Source: Edaphobacter aggregans (GTDB lineage Bacteria > Acidobacteriota > Terriglobia > Terriglobales > Acidobacteriaceae). Taken from it: a stretch of DNA of 32,000 nucleotides. Below are positions 1 to 8,986 of the stretch, one piece after another. The first letter of the stretch is position 1. The number at the start of each line of letters is the position of its first letter. A program made the position numbers and the translations under genes. The notes beneath the pieces were generated by a model that was not told where the DNA came from, made no database searches, and was given only the letters and a program-made list of their open reading frames with translations. The DNA is taken from positions 2,820,001 through 2,852,000 of the forward strand of contig NZ_RSDW01000001.1 in NCBI RefSeq assembly GCF_003945235.1, read 5' to 3'.

Positions 1-899
1 CCACGCTCGTAAAGAAGCTCTTCGCCCCATCCAGCGAGAACCAGAACCGCCCCCCACCCCCGGTAAACACATAGCTGAACGCCGGCAGCCGAAACGCATA
101 AAACGCAAACAGAATTCCCATCGCCCCCAGCGTCGAGAAGATCAGAATCTGCATCACATAGCTCCGCCGCCCCTCCGCCAGATACAGCATCAGCACCAGC
201 GCCGCCACAAATCCAATCATCGCAGCCACCAGATGCGCAGCCGCCGTCAACCCCAGCGCAACCGTCAACAGCGCAATCCGCGGACGCCACTTTCGCCGAG
301 GCCCCAGCATCGCATGAGCCACACCCATCGCCGTATAGACCAACCCATACAGCCCCCACATCGCCAGCACATCATTATTCGGCGTCACTGCCGAGCGCAC
401 GATCGCCGGACAAAAACAATACAGTCCCAGCGCAAAGAACCCGCCCTCATTCCCAAACAATCGCCGAGCCACCCACCACAACCCAGCCCCCAGCCAAGCC
501 GCAAAGAGCACAAACGGCAGATGCAGCAAATACTTCACGTTCGTCAGCTCATGCCGAGCCTCCCACGTCGACCCATTCAGCGATCCACTTGCATAAACCC
601 TATTCTCCGGGCGGCGCAGCTTATCCCCCGCTAGCAGAACCAGCCGCTGCACCGTCAGTGGAAACCCCGCCACCCGGTAAGCAAACGTCCCATCCCCATT
701 CAGGTTGCCGCACGTCGTAAAGTACCCGGCCAGCGGAGAAGGCCGCTCCCACATCTCCCGCCCGCACCGTGCAAACCGGTAATCCTCCGGCGAAAGCTGC
801 TGCCGGCTCACCACCCAAAAACACTGCCCAATAAAAATCAACAACAGCACAGCAGCAAGCCGTTGTGGTCGGCCAATCTTAATCTCAGGAAACTTCATG
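1..899 (-). CDS. Polytopic membrane protein, N-terminal ~299 codons only (continues past left edge); possibly GT-C / family-39-like glycosyltransferase
   Basis: Absent from the ORF track because no stop lies inside the window. Hand translation of the minus strand from ATG 899-897 stays open to position 3: MKFPEIKIGRPQRLAAVLLLIFIGQCFWVVSRQQLSPEDYRF...LLHLPFVLFAAWLGAGLWWVARRLFGNEGGFFALGLYCFCPAIV...LVAAMIGFVAALVLMLYL. Several hydrophobic helices. The 'LP..L....ARRLFG' loop resembles ArnT/PMT_2-type enzymes, from memory only. Confidence 0.6.
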
Positions 900-1020
900 C
901 TGCGAACACCACCAGCCATCCCTCACTTGCACACCTATCCACTCCAACTGCCTCCATTTCGTCTTCTACTCCCTACACCCTACTCCCTACACCCTGCTTT
1001 TATCGTATCGTGAGAGATAT

Positions 1021-1488
1021 ATGCAGTCGCTCTCTTTCACGCCCGGGCTCGCCTTTCTCTCCGTCAACTCCCCTACCGTCCCCTGGACTGTAGTCTTCGA
1101 GGACGAAGGCGTCGCCGCCTACTTCTACGCCTGTGACCGCTCCCAGGAGAAGCACGAGCACAGCATCCTCGACGCCATGCTCATCTACAACGTCGCCGCC
1201 CTCGCCAAAAGCGACGCCGAACTCAACCGCCCCGAGCCCCAGCGCATCGCCACCGTCGAGTGGTCCCGCGACGGCCTGCAAGCTGCCCTCTACCTCGACG
1301 GCACCCCTCAAGCCCTCTATGACTTCCAGGCCCGCTGCGGATACTGCCGCATGAACTTCCCCAACTTCCTCGAAGAACAAGGCGATACCTGGCGCAAAAC
1401 CACCCACGCCTGGTCCGAGTCCGCAATCCAGCGCTTCGAATCCGAACTCTACGGCCTGACCACAGATTCCCACGGATCAAACGGATAA
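1021..1488 (+). CDS. DUF2251-like conserved hypothetical protein
   Basis: 155-aa ORF with the strong C-ending codon bias of other plus-strand genes. 'VVFEDEGVAAYFYA...ILDAMLIYNV...VEWSRDGLQAALYLDG' matches my recollection of DUF2251. No TM or signal peptide. The overlapping ORFs 1000..1473(-) and 1133..1354(+) are low-complexity shadows. Confidence 0.65.
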   Translation: MQSLSFTPGLAFLSVNSPTVPWTVVFEDEGVAAYFYACDRSQEKHEHSILDAMLIYNVAALAKSDAELNRPEPQRIATVEWSRDGLQAALYLDGTPQALYDFQARCGYCRMNFPNFLEEQGDTWRKTTHAWSESAIQRFESELYGLTTDSHGSNG

Positions 1489-1632
1489 AGACAGAACAAA
1501 CGGATAAAAGACAAAAAGAAAAGGACCCAGTCGAAATCGCCGGATCCTCATATCAAATCGTCGTTGATCTTCCTTAATCGCCTTTGATAAGTGCAATCGG
1601 TGGAGATCGGTGTTAAGCCTTTAAATCCGCGT

Positions 1633-2175
1633 CTATCCGCGCAAATCCGCGGTCGTCCCCAGTCGAAGCTCCATGAAGACATTCGCTCGCACATAAGGTG
1701 ACTCCTTCGGAGGCAGATGCTGGAAGCCAAGCGACTCATAAAGATGAATCGCATTCGCCAGCTTGCGATTCGTCTCAAGATAAAGCACCGAAGCCCCAAG
1801 CTCCCGCGCCCGTTCGATAGTGTACGCAAGCACTTTCCGTCCGACTCCACGCCCGCGATACTGCTCATCGACAGCCATCTTAGCCACTTCGAACACGCCG
1901 GGCTCCATAGGAATCAGCGCACAACACCCAATCGCCTGGCCCTCCAGGAACGCAAGAAAAATATGCCCACCCGGCCTGATGACCCAACTGTCAGGGTCTC
2001 CCAAAATCTCACGATCATGCTCCTCAAGACCAAAGTACTTCTTGATCCAAGCCTCATTCAGCTCGCGAAAGGCCTTCGCATCCTCAGGTTGATACGCCCG
2101 CAGCTCAATCGACTCCATAGATAGGGAAGCACTCTCATCCGATGGTATGTCAGCCAAAGCAAACGTCAACGTCAT
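1633..2175 (-). CDS. GNAT family N-acetyltransferase
   Basis: Acetyl-CoA binding motif 'QYRGRGVGRKVL' followed by 'LYLETNRKLANAIHLYESLGF'. GGGGGA lies 5 nt upstream of ATG 2175. An alternative internal start is ATG 2118 (MESIELR...). Confidence 0.9.
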   Translation of the reverse strand: MTLTFALADIPSDESASLSMESIELRAYQPEDAKAFRELNEAWIKKYFGLEEHDREILGDPDSWVIRPGGHIFLAFLEGQAIGCCALIPMEPGVFEVAKMAVDEQYRGRGVGRKVLAYTIERARELGASVLYLETNRKLANAIHLYESLGFQHLPPKESPYVRANVFMELRLGTTADLRG

Positions 2176-2260
2176 GGCATTCCCCCTTCTTCATTCCAAC
2201 CTAAGCCCTCCCCAGCCATACGTCCAATATCTTGTTCGTTCGGATTATGATGTTCTAAGT

Positions 2261-3178
2261 ATGGATGATCGCGACATAGAGCTCCGTCATCTCCGCTACT
2301 TCATCGCCGTCGCCGAAGAGCTCCATTTCGGCCGCGCCGCCAACCGGCTCCACCTCGCTCAGCCCCCGCTCTCGCAACAAATCCGCAAGCTCGAAGAGAT
2401 CCTCGGCTACCCGCTCTTCCTCCGAACCTCACGCGCGGTAAAGCTCACTGCCGCCGGTGAAGTCTTCCTCGAGCGTGCCCGTCGCACCCTCCGCAACGTC
2501 CACGAAGACCTCGCCGAAGCCCGCAGCATCGGCAACGGAGACCTCGGCTTCCTACGCGTCGGATTCATCGGCTCCGCCATGCTGACTCCACTGCCCGCCA
2601 TGCTCGGCCAGTACCGGCGGCTCTACCCCAAAGTGCAGCTCCAGCTCTCGGAGTTTCACACCTCCAGCATCATCCAATCACTAGGCAGAGGCATCCTCGA
2701 CGCCGGCTTCCTCCGCGACGGCGGACCCTCAGAAGCCCTCCACGTCGAGCCACTCTTCTCCGAGCCCTTCGTCGCCGTCCTCCCCCACATGCATCCTCTC
2801 GCCACGCGCAAAGTTATCTCCGCGGCACAACTCCGCGACGAACCCTTCGTCTTCTTCTCACCTAGCGCCGGGAGCCTCGCTTACAACAAAACCATATCTC
2901 TCTGCGAAGAACACGGCTTCCGCCCGCACGTCGTCCAGGAAGCTCCCCAATGGCTCACCATTCTTGCCCTCGTCGGAGCAGGTCTCGGCGTCTCGATCGC
3001 TCCCGCCTGCGTCCGCCGTATCGCCGAGCCAAATATCGTCTGCCCCAGCCTGCGTGGAGCCCACGTCACCAGCGACATCGAACTCGCCTACCGCTCAACC
3101 GAAGACCGCGCCGTCGTCCACGCTTTCGCCAACATCGCCCGCACCAACTTCCACCGCAAGCCCACACGCAGTCGATAG
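2261..3178 (+). CDS. LysR family transcriptional regulator
   Basis: N-terminal wHTH 'LRHLRYFIAVAEELHFGRAANRLHLAQPPLSQQIRKLEEILGYPLF' plus a LysR substrate-binding region. The track ORF starts at 2147, but the HTH should begin within ~10 aa of the N-terminus, so I use ATG 2261 (MDDRDIELRHL). Divergent from the GNAT gene with an 85-bp spacer. Confidence 0.88.
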   Translation: MDDRDIELRHLRYFIAVAEELHFGRAANRLHLAQPPLSQQIRKLEEILGYPLFLRTSRAVKLTAAGEVFLERARRTLRNVHEDLAEARSIGNGDLGFLRVGFIGSAMLTPLPAMLGQYRRLYPKVQLQLSEFHTSSIIQSLGRGILDAGFLRDGGPSEALHVEPLFSEPFVAVLPHMHPLATRKVISAAQLRDEPFVFFSPSAGSLAYNKTISLCEEHGFRPHVVQEAPQWLTILALVGAGLGVSIAPACVRRIAEPNIVCPSLRGAHVTSDIELAYRSTEDRAVVHAFANIARTNFHRKPTRSR

Positions 3179-3181
3179 CCA

Positions 3182-3709
3182 TCACCGAAGGAACAGCTTC
3201 TCGACCTCAAGCCAATCCTTCACACGCTTGAACCCCTTCACCCCAACATTGTGCGGCGAGCTATACAAGATCCCTTCCCCCTGAAACCGCCTCAACTGCC
3301 GCGGATTGTCATCAATCAAATAATCCGCCTTCAAAATGCTCTTATCCCCGCAGTACACAATGTGCGAAGCCGGAATAAACGGAAAGTACTTCCCCAGCCA
3401 CCGAAACTTCTGCTGAAACGAAGTCGGCACCTCCATCGCAGCCGTCGCGATAAACACCTCGTAGTTCATCTGCAGCCGTTGCAGCACCCTCTGCGACTCC
3501 GGCATCACCGCCAACCCTTCAAAAAAATCCTCCGACCGCAGATAGCTCTCCAGCGAGTGATGCCGATCGATCGACACCACGTCCCAAAGCCACTTACCCT
3601 CGAGATCCGCAATCGTAATCTGCTCGTCGTAATCCCGGTTATACCGCGTCAGATGCTCCCCCAACGCATCCGCCATCACCTCATCCATGTCCACACAAAT
3701 TCGCTTCAC
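3182..3709 (-). CDS. 5'(3')-deoxyribonucleotidase, NT5C / HAD superfamily
   Basis: HAD motif I 'VDMDEVMAD' (DxDxV), motif IV 'YLIDDNP', and a size (~175 aa) typical of the NT5C family. Its stop lies 3 nt from the LysR stop (convergent). Confidence 0.8.
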   Translation of the reverse strand: MKRICVDMDEVMADALGEHLTRYNRDYDEQITIADLEGKWLWDVVSIDRHHSLESYLRSEDFFEGLAVMPESQRVLQRLQMNYEVFIATAAMEVPTSFQQKFRWLGKYFPFIPASHIVYCGDKSILKADYLIDDNPRQLRRFQGEGILYSSPHNVGVKGFKRVKDWLEVEKLFLR

Positions 3710-3727
3710 TGCGTACGCACCATCTTC

Positions 3728-4507
3728 CTAAAGAGACCGAATAATCGAAGCCGCAATACTCTCCACCGGAACCGCCTTCTTCTGCGGAGCATCTCGCGCG
3801 GGATCATAGTACAGCAACCGCCCGCAGCTCTCGCACGTCATCATCGTCTCGTCGTTGCTCCGGTCCCGCAAATCATTCCACTTCTGCGGACGCAGCATCA
3901 TCTGGCACGCCATACACTTCTGATTCAGCGCCTCGGCCACAGCCGTACCCTTGCCCTTCGAGATCCGGTCATAAACGGAGAGCGCATCCTCACCAATCTC
4001 CGGTCTAAGCGCAGCGCGCCTCTCTTCAACCCCAGCCAGCGCGACCTTATCCGCCGCAATCGTCTCAGCAGCCCGCACCCGTTCGCGCTCCAGAATCTTC
4101 TCGTCCGCAGCCACCGCCTCATCCGCCCGCGCCTTCTGAGCCTCAAGAGCCTCACTCCGCTCCATACTCTCCAACTCAGCGTCTTCCAGTCTGCTCACCT
4201 CACCTTGAGCAAACGAAATCTCATGCTCGAACGCCGTCACCTGCACCGTAGTCGTCGCTTGGTCCAACTGCTTCTTCACCTTCGCCATCTTGGCCTGATG
4301 GTCCTTGATGTCCAGCTCCTGACGGCGTCGCAACACCTCTTCCTTAGCGATCAAATCCACCACGACGGCTCGCTGCCCCTGCGTAGCCTTAAGTTTTGTC
4401 TCCAGCTCAGCAACCCTCTTCGGCAACGCAGACATCTCATCCCGCAGACGCTTCGCCTCCACATCAAGCCCCTGCAGCACAATCATCTTTTCAAGATCCG
4501 GATGCAT
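3728..4507 (-). CDS. COG1579-type zinc-ribbon / coiled-coil protein (C4 zinc ribbon domain)
   Basis: Long heptad-rich coiled coil followed by 'CMACQMML...CESCGRLLYY' (two CxxC pairs). I use ATG 4507 (MHPDLEKM), which has GAGGTG 8 nt upstream. The track starts at GTG 4516. Confidence 0.8.
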   Translation of the reverse strand: MHPDLEKMIVLQGLDVEAKRLRDEMSALPKRVAELETKLKATQGQRAVVVDLIAKEEVLRRRQELDIKDHQAKMAKVKKQLDQATTTVQVTAFEHEISFAQGEVSRLEDAELESMERSEALEAQKARADEAVAADEKILERERVRAAETIAADKVALAGVEERRAALRPEIGEDALSVYDRISKGKGTAVAEALNQKCMACQMMLRPQKWNDLRDRSNDETMMTCESCGRLLYYDPARDAPQKKAVPVESIAASIIRSL

Positions 4508-4763
4508 CCAAAACACCTCACTTCACTACCGTCAGCGTAAAACATTCAGACATCCACCGGAAAACTCGAAGTCTACCACTCTAGCCGCTCCCTCCGAAGC
4601 CAGCATCTCCTCTGCCATTGAGAACACAACCACATTGGAGCATAATGGGAACCATTACGACGCTAGCCCGTGCACGTCTCCGGGCAGTCCGCAGCGTCCT
4701 TGTTTCCCTCGCCTCCCGGGCCATATCTTCCTTGAAAAAATTCTTCCCAGGATCGGAATTGAT

Positions 4764-6155
4764 ATGCAACTTTGGACAGACTACGAAGGAAGAACCATCG
4801 CTGAAAACTATCCCCTCGACAAGCTCCTCCGCCCCGAGGGCCGCAGCGCTTTCTTCTCCACCTCTAACGGCACCGGCACACCCGCCGTCATCCGCCTGAT
4901 CGAAGCCCACTTCGACGAATCCGAGATCCTCAACCGCTGGCGCGTCGTCGCCGAAATCAACCAGATCAACCTCGTCAATCTCAAAAAATACGGCCAGACC
5001 ACACTCGACGAGACCCCCCTCGTCTACGCCGTCATGGAGACCACCGAGGCCGATCTCGCCGAAGTCCTCGCCGACCGCGCCCTCACGCCTGAAGAGACCC
5101 GCCAGGTCGCCACCAGCCTCGTCGCCGCGCTCGAAGCCCTCCACTCCCGCAACCTCGTCCACGAGCACGTCGAACCCGCCAACGTCCTCGCCGCGGGCGA
5201 AGTCGTCAAGCTCCGCAGCGACTGCATCCGCGAGGTGCCCGACTCATCCGACGACCCCCAGCAGGACGGAAAAGTCCTCAAGGCCCGCGACGTCCACGAC
5301 CTCGCCCTCGTCCTACTCCAGTCCCTCACCCAGCAGCGCACCCTGCCCAGCGGTTCGTCTCTACCCGCCCCCTTCGACAACATCGTCCGCAACGGCATCA
5401 GCGGAGTCTGGGGCCTTCCGCAGATCGCCGCAGCCCTCAACCCAACATCCACACGTCCCCCCGCACCAACGCGCCAACAACTCACCGCCGAACCAGCCAC
5501 AGCACCGACCATTCCACCTTCCCGACCAACCTTGGACACGAAGGCGAGTCCGCAGAACGCGTCACCATCCAAAGCAATCGCCGAACCCATCGCCCCAACA
5601 CCACCGAAGCCTCCCCAGAGACCCACCCCCATCACCATCCCAACAGAGGCAAGAGACGTCAGGCACCGCATCGTCAGACCAGTCGAGTTAGCCCCACAGC
5701 AACGCAAGAGCCTATGGATCGCCGCCGCCATCGGAGCTCTATTCTTAGCCTTCCTCCTATGGCACTTCTTGAGCCCGAGCGCCACAACGCAATCCGCCGT
5801 CGCGACCCAACCCATCACCACGCTTGCAGCCACCCAGCCAGACAACTCCGCACCCGCAGCCGAAACCCCCGCGCCGCCGCCTACTCCGGCAGCATCCTCC
5901 ACCGGCATGCGCGACCAATGGAGAGTCGTAGCCTACACCTACAACCACCAGGACCAGGCCCAGAAGAAGGCTGCAACCATAGCCAAACGCCATCCTTCTC
6001 TCAACCCTGAGGTCTTCACCCCTAACGGCCACGCTCCCTACCTCGTTACCGTAGGAGGCCCCATGACCCGCGACGAAGCCAACGCCTTCAAGCAAAAGGC
6101 CCGAGCCGACGGCCTACCCCGCGACATTTACACCCAGAACTACACCACCCGCTAA
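4764..6155 (+). CDS. Membrane-anchored protein: degenerate protein-kinase-like domain + Pro-rich linker + one TM + C-terminal SPOR domain
   Basis: Kinase-like order of motifs, all degenerate: 'AVIRL' for VAIK, 'HEHVEPAN' for HRDLKPxN, 'LRSDC' for DFG. TM segment 'LWIAAAIGALFLAFLLW'. C-terminus 'WRVVAYTYNHQDQAQKKAATIAKRHPSL...YLVTVGGPMTRDEANAFKQKARADGLPRDIY' is SPOR-like. Start set to ATG 4764 (MQLWTDYEG); the track starts at TTG 4635. Confidence 0.75.
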   Translation: MQLWTDYEGRTIAENYPLDKLLRPEGRSAFFSTSNGTGTPAVIRLIEAHFDESEILNRWRVVAEINQINLVNLKKYGQTTLDETPLVYAVMETTEADLAEVLADRALTPEETRQVATSLVAALEALHSRNLVHEHVEPANVLAAGEVVKLRSDCIREVPDSSDDPQQDGKVLKARDVHDLALVLLQSLTQQRTLPSGSSLPAPFDNIVRNGISGVWGLPQIAAALNPTSTRPPAPTRQQLTAEPATAPTIPPSRPTLDTKASPQNASPSKAIAEPIAPTPPKPPQRPTPITIPTEARDVRHRIVRPVELAPQQRKSLWIAAAIGALFLAFLLWHFLSPSATTQSAVATQPITTLAATQPDNSAPAAETPAPPPTPAASSTGMRDQWRVVAYTYNHQDQAQKKAATIAKRHPSLNPEVFTPNGHAPYLVTVGGPMTRDEANAFKQKARADGLPRDIYTQNYTTR

Positions 6156-6178
6156 CAAACCCAGCGTTTCACGGACGA

Positions 6179-6207
6179 GTTGGTGAGGTCCGGCGGACTT
6201 CACCAAC
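6179..6207. terminator. Hairpin between convergent genes (possible bidirectional terminator)
   Basis: GTTGGTGAGGTC-cggcg-GACTTCACCAAC: a 12-bp stem with one G.U pair and a 5-nt loop. It lies 24 nt after the SPOR-protein stop and 41 nt after the minus-strand mini-protein stop. There is no clean U-run on either side. Confidence 0.45.
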
Positions 6208-6247
6208 CCTCGCTCTTCGCACATCGCGGACACAATACCAACGACAA

Positions 6248-6463
6248 TCACGACCCCTGCGGCGGACGACCCGACTGAATATCCAGCTCGCCGATCGTCA
6301 GTCGTCGCACGTAAAGTTCCTCCAGCCTTCCCTCCATCAGGCGAAGCCTTCGTATGCTGAGCGCCCCAATAGCGAGCGCACCGATTGCAGTAGCACCCAG
6401 AGCAACAGCTCCGAAAGCCACCGCCCCCATCGCAAAGCTACGGCTGATCTGCATCTTTGTCAT
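6248..6463 (-). CDS. Small (71 aa) Gly/Ala-zipper membrane protein, hypothetical
   Basis: GAGG lies 6 nt upstream of ATG 6463, which is 18 nt after the stop of the upstream DUF1254/DUF1214 gene. 'FAMGAVAFGAVALGATAIGALAIGALSI' is a single small-residue-zipper TM helix, followed by the amphipathic 'RRLRLMEGRLEELYVRRLTIGELDI'. Confidence 0.6.
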   Translation of the reverse strand: MTKMQISRSFAMGAVAFGAVALGATAIGALAIGALSIRRLRLMEGRLEELYVRRLTIGELDIQSGRPPQGS

Positions 6464-6481
6464 AACAACCTCGGATCACCT

Positions 6482-7882
6482 CTATTTCACTCGCTGTACC
6501 TGTGGAGACTTCCAACTCCCATCCAGCAACTCCTGCTTAGGCAGGTAATACCGCATAGCAAGCATGAAAGGAGCCTTCGGAGCAGGCAGCCAGTTAGCCT
6601 CCCTATCCTTCCCCGGCGAATCAGCCTGAATGTACATCGTCAACCCACCATCCGAATCAAGCTTAAGATCCGGCATCATCGGCGAATTAATCAGATACCG
6701 ATTGATCGGATTCTTCACCAGCAACTGCTGCGGCAGATTGTACAAAGTAAGCGACCAGAACGCATTCACCGGCGGAAACAGCCCCTTCGCAAAATGCAGC
6801 GTATACCGAGCCTTGCTGCCGTCGAGCGCCTGCCCATCCGCATCCTTCTCATACAGTGGATACAGAGCCTCTTCCTTCGAGTTAGCCCCAATGCCCATCT
6901 GAGCCCCGGTAGCGCGAGCCACATAATCGCCGTGAAGGAAAGCGCGCGTCCCGAAGAAGTTGCTGATGTTGCCACCACTAGCGGCCCGGCGAGCATCGAT
7001 CTCCTTCTGCCCATTCGCCATACCCGCCACCCAGCCCGCCGTCATCTCAGGCGAAAGCGAGTTGAAATCAATCGTCTTGCCCGGCGCGATACCGATGCTC
7101 GCGAACCGTGCACGCAATTCGGTCTCACTATGCTGCGTAGGGCAGAACTGCAGCAGGAAATTCATCACATTGAAGAAATACAGTGAAGTCCTCATCTCCC
7201 GCGGAGGAACCGGCCTGATCCAGTCAATAGCCGGAGCAGCGGGTGGTGCAGGCTTGCCCCAAAATGCCGAGAGCGGTTGCGCTTTGTACTTCGCCTGAAT
7301 CTTCTTCACGTTCTCGAGATCCGCAGCATTGAACAGCTGCGTCCGGCCCACAACATTAATGAACTCCGTCTCAGGCCGAAGAACCTTCGTGATACCCGGA
7401 GGAACCGTCCCCTTCCATAACGGCCCAGCAACAAGGAAGGTCCCACCCTTATTACCAGTTGTGCGCATGCCAATGTAGTCAAAGTTAAACGTATAGAGGT
7501 CCATCATCTGAAAGACCCAATAACGATTCTTCTCCACCGGAGGAATCGTGATAACAATCGGCTCAGCCCGCAAGTCGAGACTCAAAAAGGTATAGGGCGT
7601 GTCCGAATTCGGCGTGACAAACGCAGTGTCCTCAGGAGTAAAAACACGCGCAAAACTAAGCGGAGCATTGAAGGGTCCCTTGTACTGCGAATTACTCTTA
7701 TCGATCGAGAACGCATACATCGTCAGATAAGCCTGAACCATAGGAAACCCATAGATGTAAGCCTCCTTGGCGATCGCCCGAACTTCAGCCGGGCTCGGCG
7801 TACTCTGCGCCCTCCCAGTACCGCTTCCCATCGAGACCAGAAAAAGCACAAGCAATGCACTGCAAAATGTCTTTTTCATCAT
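6482..7882 (-). CDS. Secreted DUF1254 + DUF1214 domain protein
   Basis: Signal peptide MMKKTFCSALLVLFLVSMGSGTGRA. 'AYIYGFPMV' and 'TPNSDTPY' are DUF1254-type. 'ANWLPAPKAPFMLAMRYYLP' is DUF1214-type. Confidence 0.88.
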   Translation of the reverse strand: MMKKTFCSALLVLFLVSMGSGTGRAQSTPSPAEVRAIAKEAYIYGFPMVQAYLTMYAFSIDKSNSQYKGPFNAPLSFARVFTPEDTAFVTPNSDTPYTFLSLDLRAEPIVITIPPVEKNRYWVFQMMDLYTFNFDYIGMRTTGNKGGTFLVAGPLWKGTVPPGITKVLRPETEFINVVGRTQLFNAADLENVKKIQAKYKAQPLSAFWGKPAPPAAPAIDWIRPVPPREMRTSLYFFNVMNFLLQFCPTQHSETELRARFASIGIAPGKTIDFNSLSPEMTAGWVAGMANGQKEIDARRAASGGNISNFFGTRAFLHGDYVARATGAQMGIGANSKEEALYPLYEKDADGQALDGSKARYTLHFAKGLFPPVNAFWSLTLYNLPQQLLVKNPINRYLINSPMMPDLKLDSDGGLTMYIQADSPGKDREANWLPAPKAPFMLAMRYYLPKQELLDGSWKSPQVQRVK

Positions 7883-8179
7883 CGTGGCTCCCCTGCAAAA
7901 CTAGGATGAGGAATCAGCCCATCGGAAGCCGCGCAAGTACATCTATTTTTGCCGTCTGAATCAAAATCTACCTCGACGCTGGCTACGGATACGCGTACTA
8001 TGACCGCGTCCACGGAGAACTGATCTTCGACATGTTCGACCTCAAGAAGCGGTTGGATGATCTGAATTCAGGCGCAGTAAAAGATCAACGTCAGTTTGTG
8101 CAGGACATGTTGATCCAGCGTCTCGCAGTTAGAAAAGGATCTGCAGGAGCCCACGAAGCGGTCTGCATCTGCCCTTGAG

Positions 8180-8497
8180 TTGCACTCTCCGCATTCATCT
8201 GCACCGCCAATTATTACGGCGATCAACCTTGGAGGCCAGAAGTACACGGAGATTCCCGTTCCCATACTCGCCATCTTTGCGTGCCCTCAAAACTTCGACT
8301 TCGACCCCGCCCTCAGGCCGACCCACCGCCAAAGCTGCAATCGTAGCGAACGATCTCTTCGTTACACAGAGGCAAGCGAACGCTGTTGAACCCGGCATAC
8401 CGTCGTCCGCCTGCCAAATGCAGACCACTACGTCTTCAGGTTGAACGAGACAGATGTCCTCCGCGAGATGAACACCTTCCTCGCAAAACTGCCCTGA
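8180..8497 (+). pseudogene. Frameshifted C-terminal remnant of an alpha/beta hydrolase
   Basis: Recognisable hydrolase C-terminal sequence is split over frames. Frame 2 gives '...YTEIPVPILAIFACPQNFDFDPALR'. Frame 3 gives 'AKAAIVANDLFVTQRQANAVEPGIPSS'. From 8405, frame 2 again gives 'VRLPNADHYVFRLNETDVLREMNTFLAKLP*' (stop 8495-8497). No nucleophile-elbow (GxSxG) region is present. It may extend upstream to ~7960 in frame 1. Confidence 0.5.
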
Positions 8498-8986
8498 CAG
8501 CTCTCAAGAGCGATCCAACCAGGACCACACCGGCCTCTTTTGCCATCCCTTTTTCTTGTCAAGCCCAAACGTCAAAATCCCAGCACCCATCAAGCCGATT
8601 CGCGTGCCAGATAATTTCCCCAAAACCGCTATAATGGACTTAGCGCAAAAGATAGACCCGCGCCCCGGCTGGGGTTTTCTCATTTATAATGAATACTTTA
8701 GATGCAAAGTATCTCTTATCAAGACTTTGGTGGGGATGTCCGCGTGCAACTCCAGCAGATAGAATACTTTACTACTTTTAGCACTGGTCGGGGATAGCTT
8801 CAGCAAGATGGAACCGAGAAGAGTATTCCGAAACGCACCTCTCGCAACGTCGCACCCACTCGCCAACACTCAGGTTTGCTTTACACTCATCAAGGCGCTC
8901 AGTATTCTGGAGCTTTGGTGAAGGACTGCATCTGTCCCCGCGCACACCACGATATTTGTCTTTTCGAACGAAAATAGGAGAACCAC

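Noticed and set aside
3251-4540. 429-aa plus-strand ORF, the longest unassigned ORF on the left side
   Set aside because: It runs antisense across two well-supported minus-strand genes (nucleotidase and zinc-ribbon protein) and their intergenic spacer. Its R/L/H/P/Q-rich low-complexity translation has no motifs. It is a shadow ORF expected in high-GC DNA.
5024-5908. 294-aa minus-strand ORF
   Set aside because: Antisense to the pseudokinase-SPOR gene. Its G/A/V/R-rich composition is produced by the Pro/Thr-rich linker on the coding strand.
8498-8986. Possible structured ncRNA (6S, tmRNA, SRP, RNase P, tRNA) in the long gap upstream of acpP
   Set aside because: I found no conserved cores of these RNAs (no GGTTCGAATCC-type T-arm, no SRP GGAAGCAGCC-type motif, no RNase P GAGGAAAGTCC) and only weak terminal pairing. 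It cannot be supported without a covariance-model scan.
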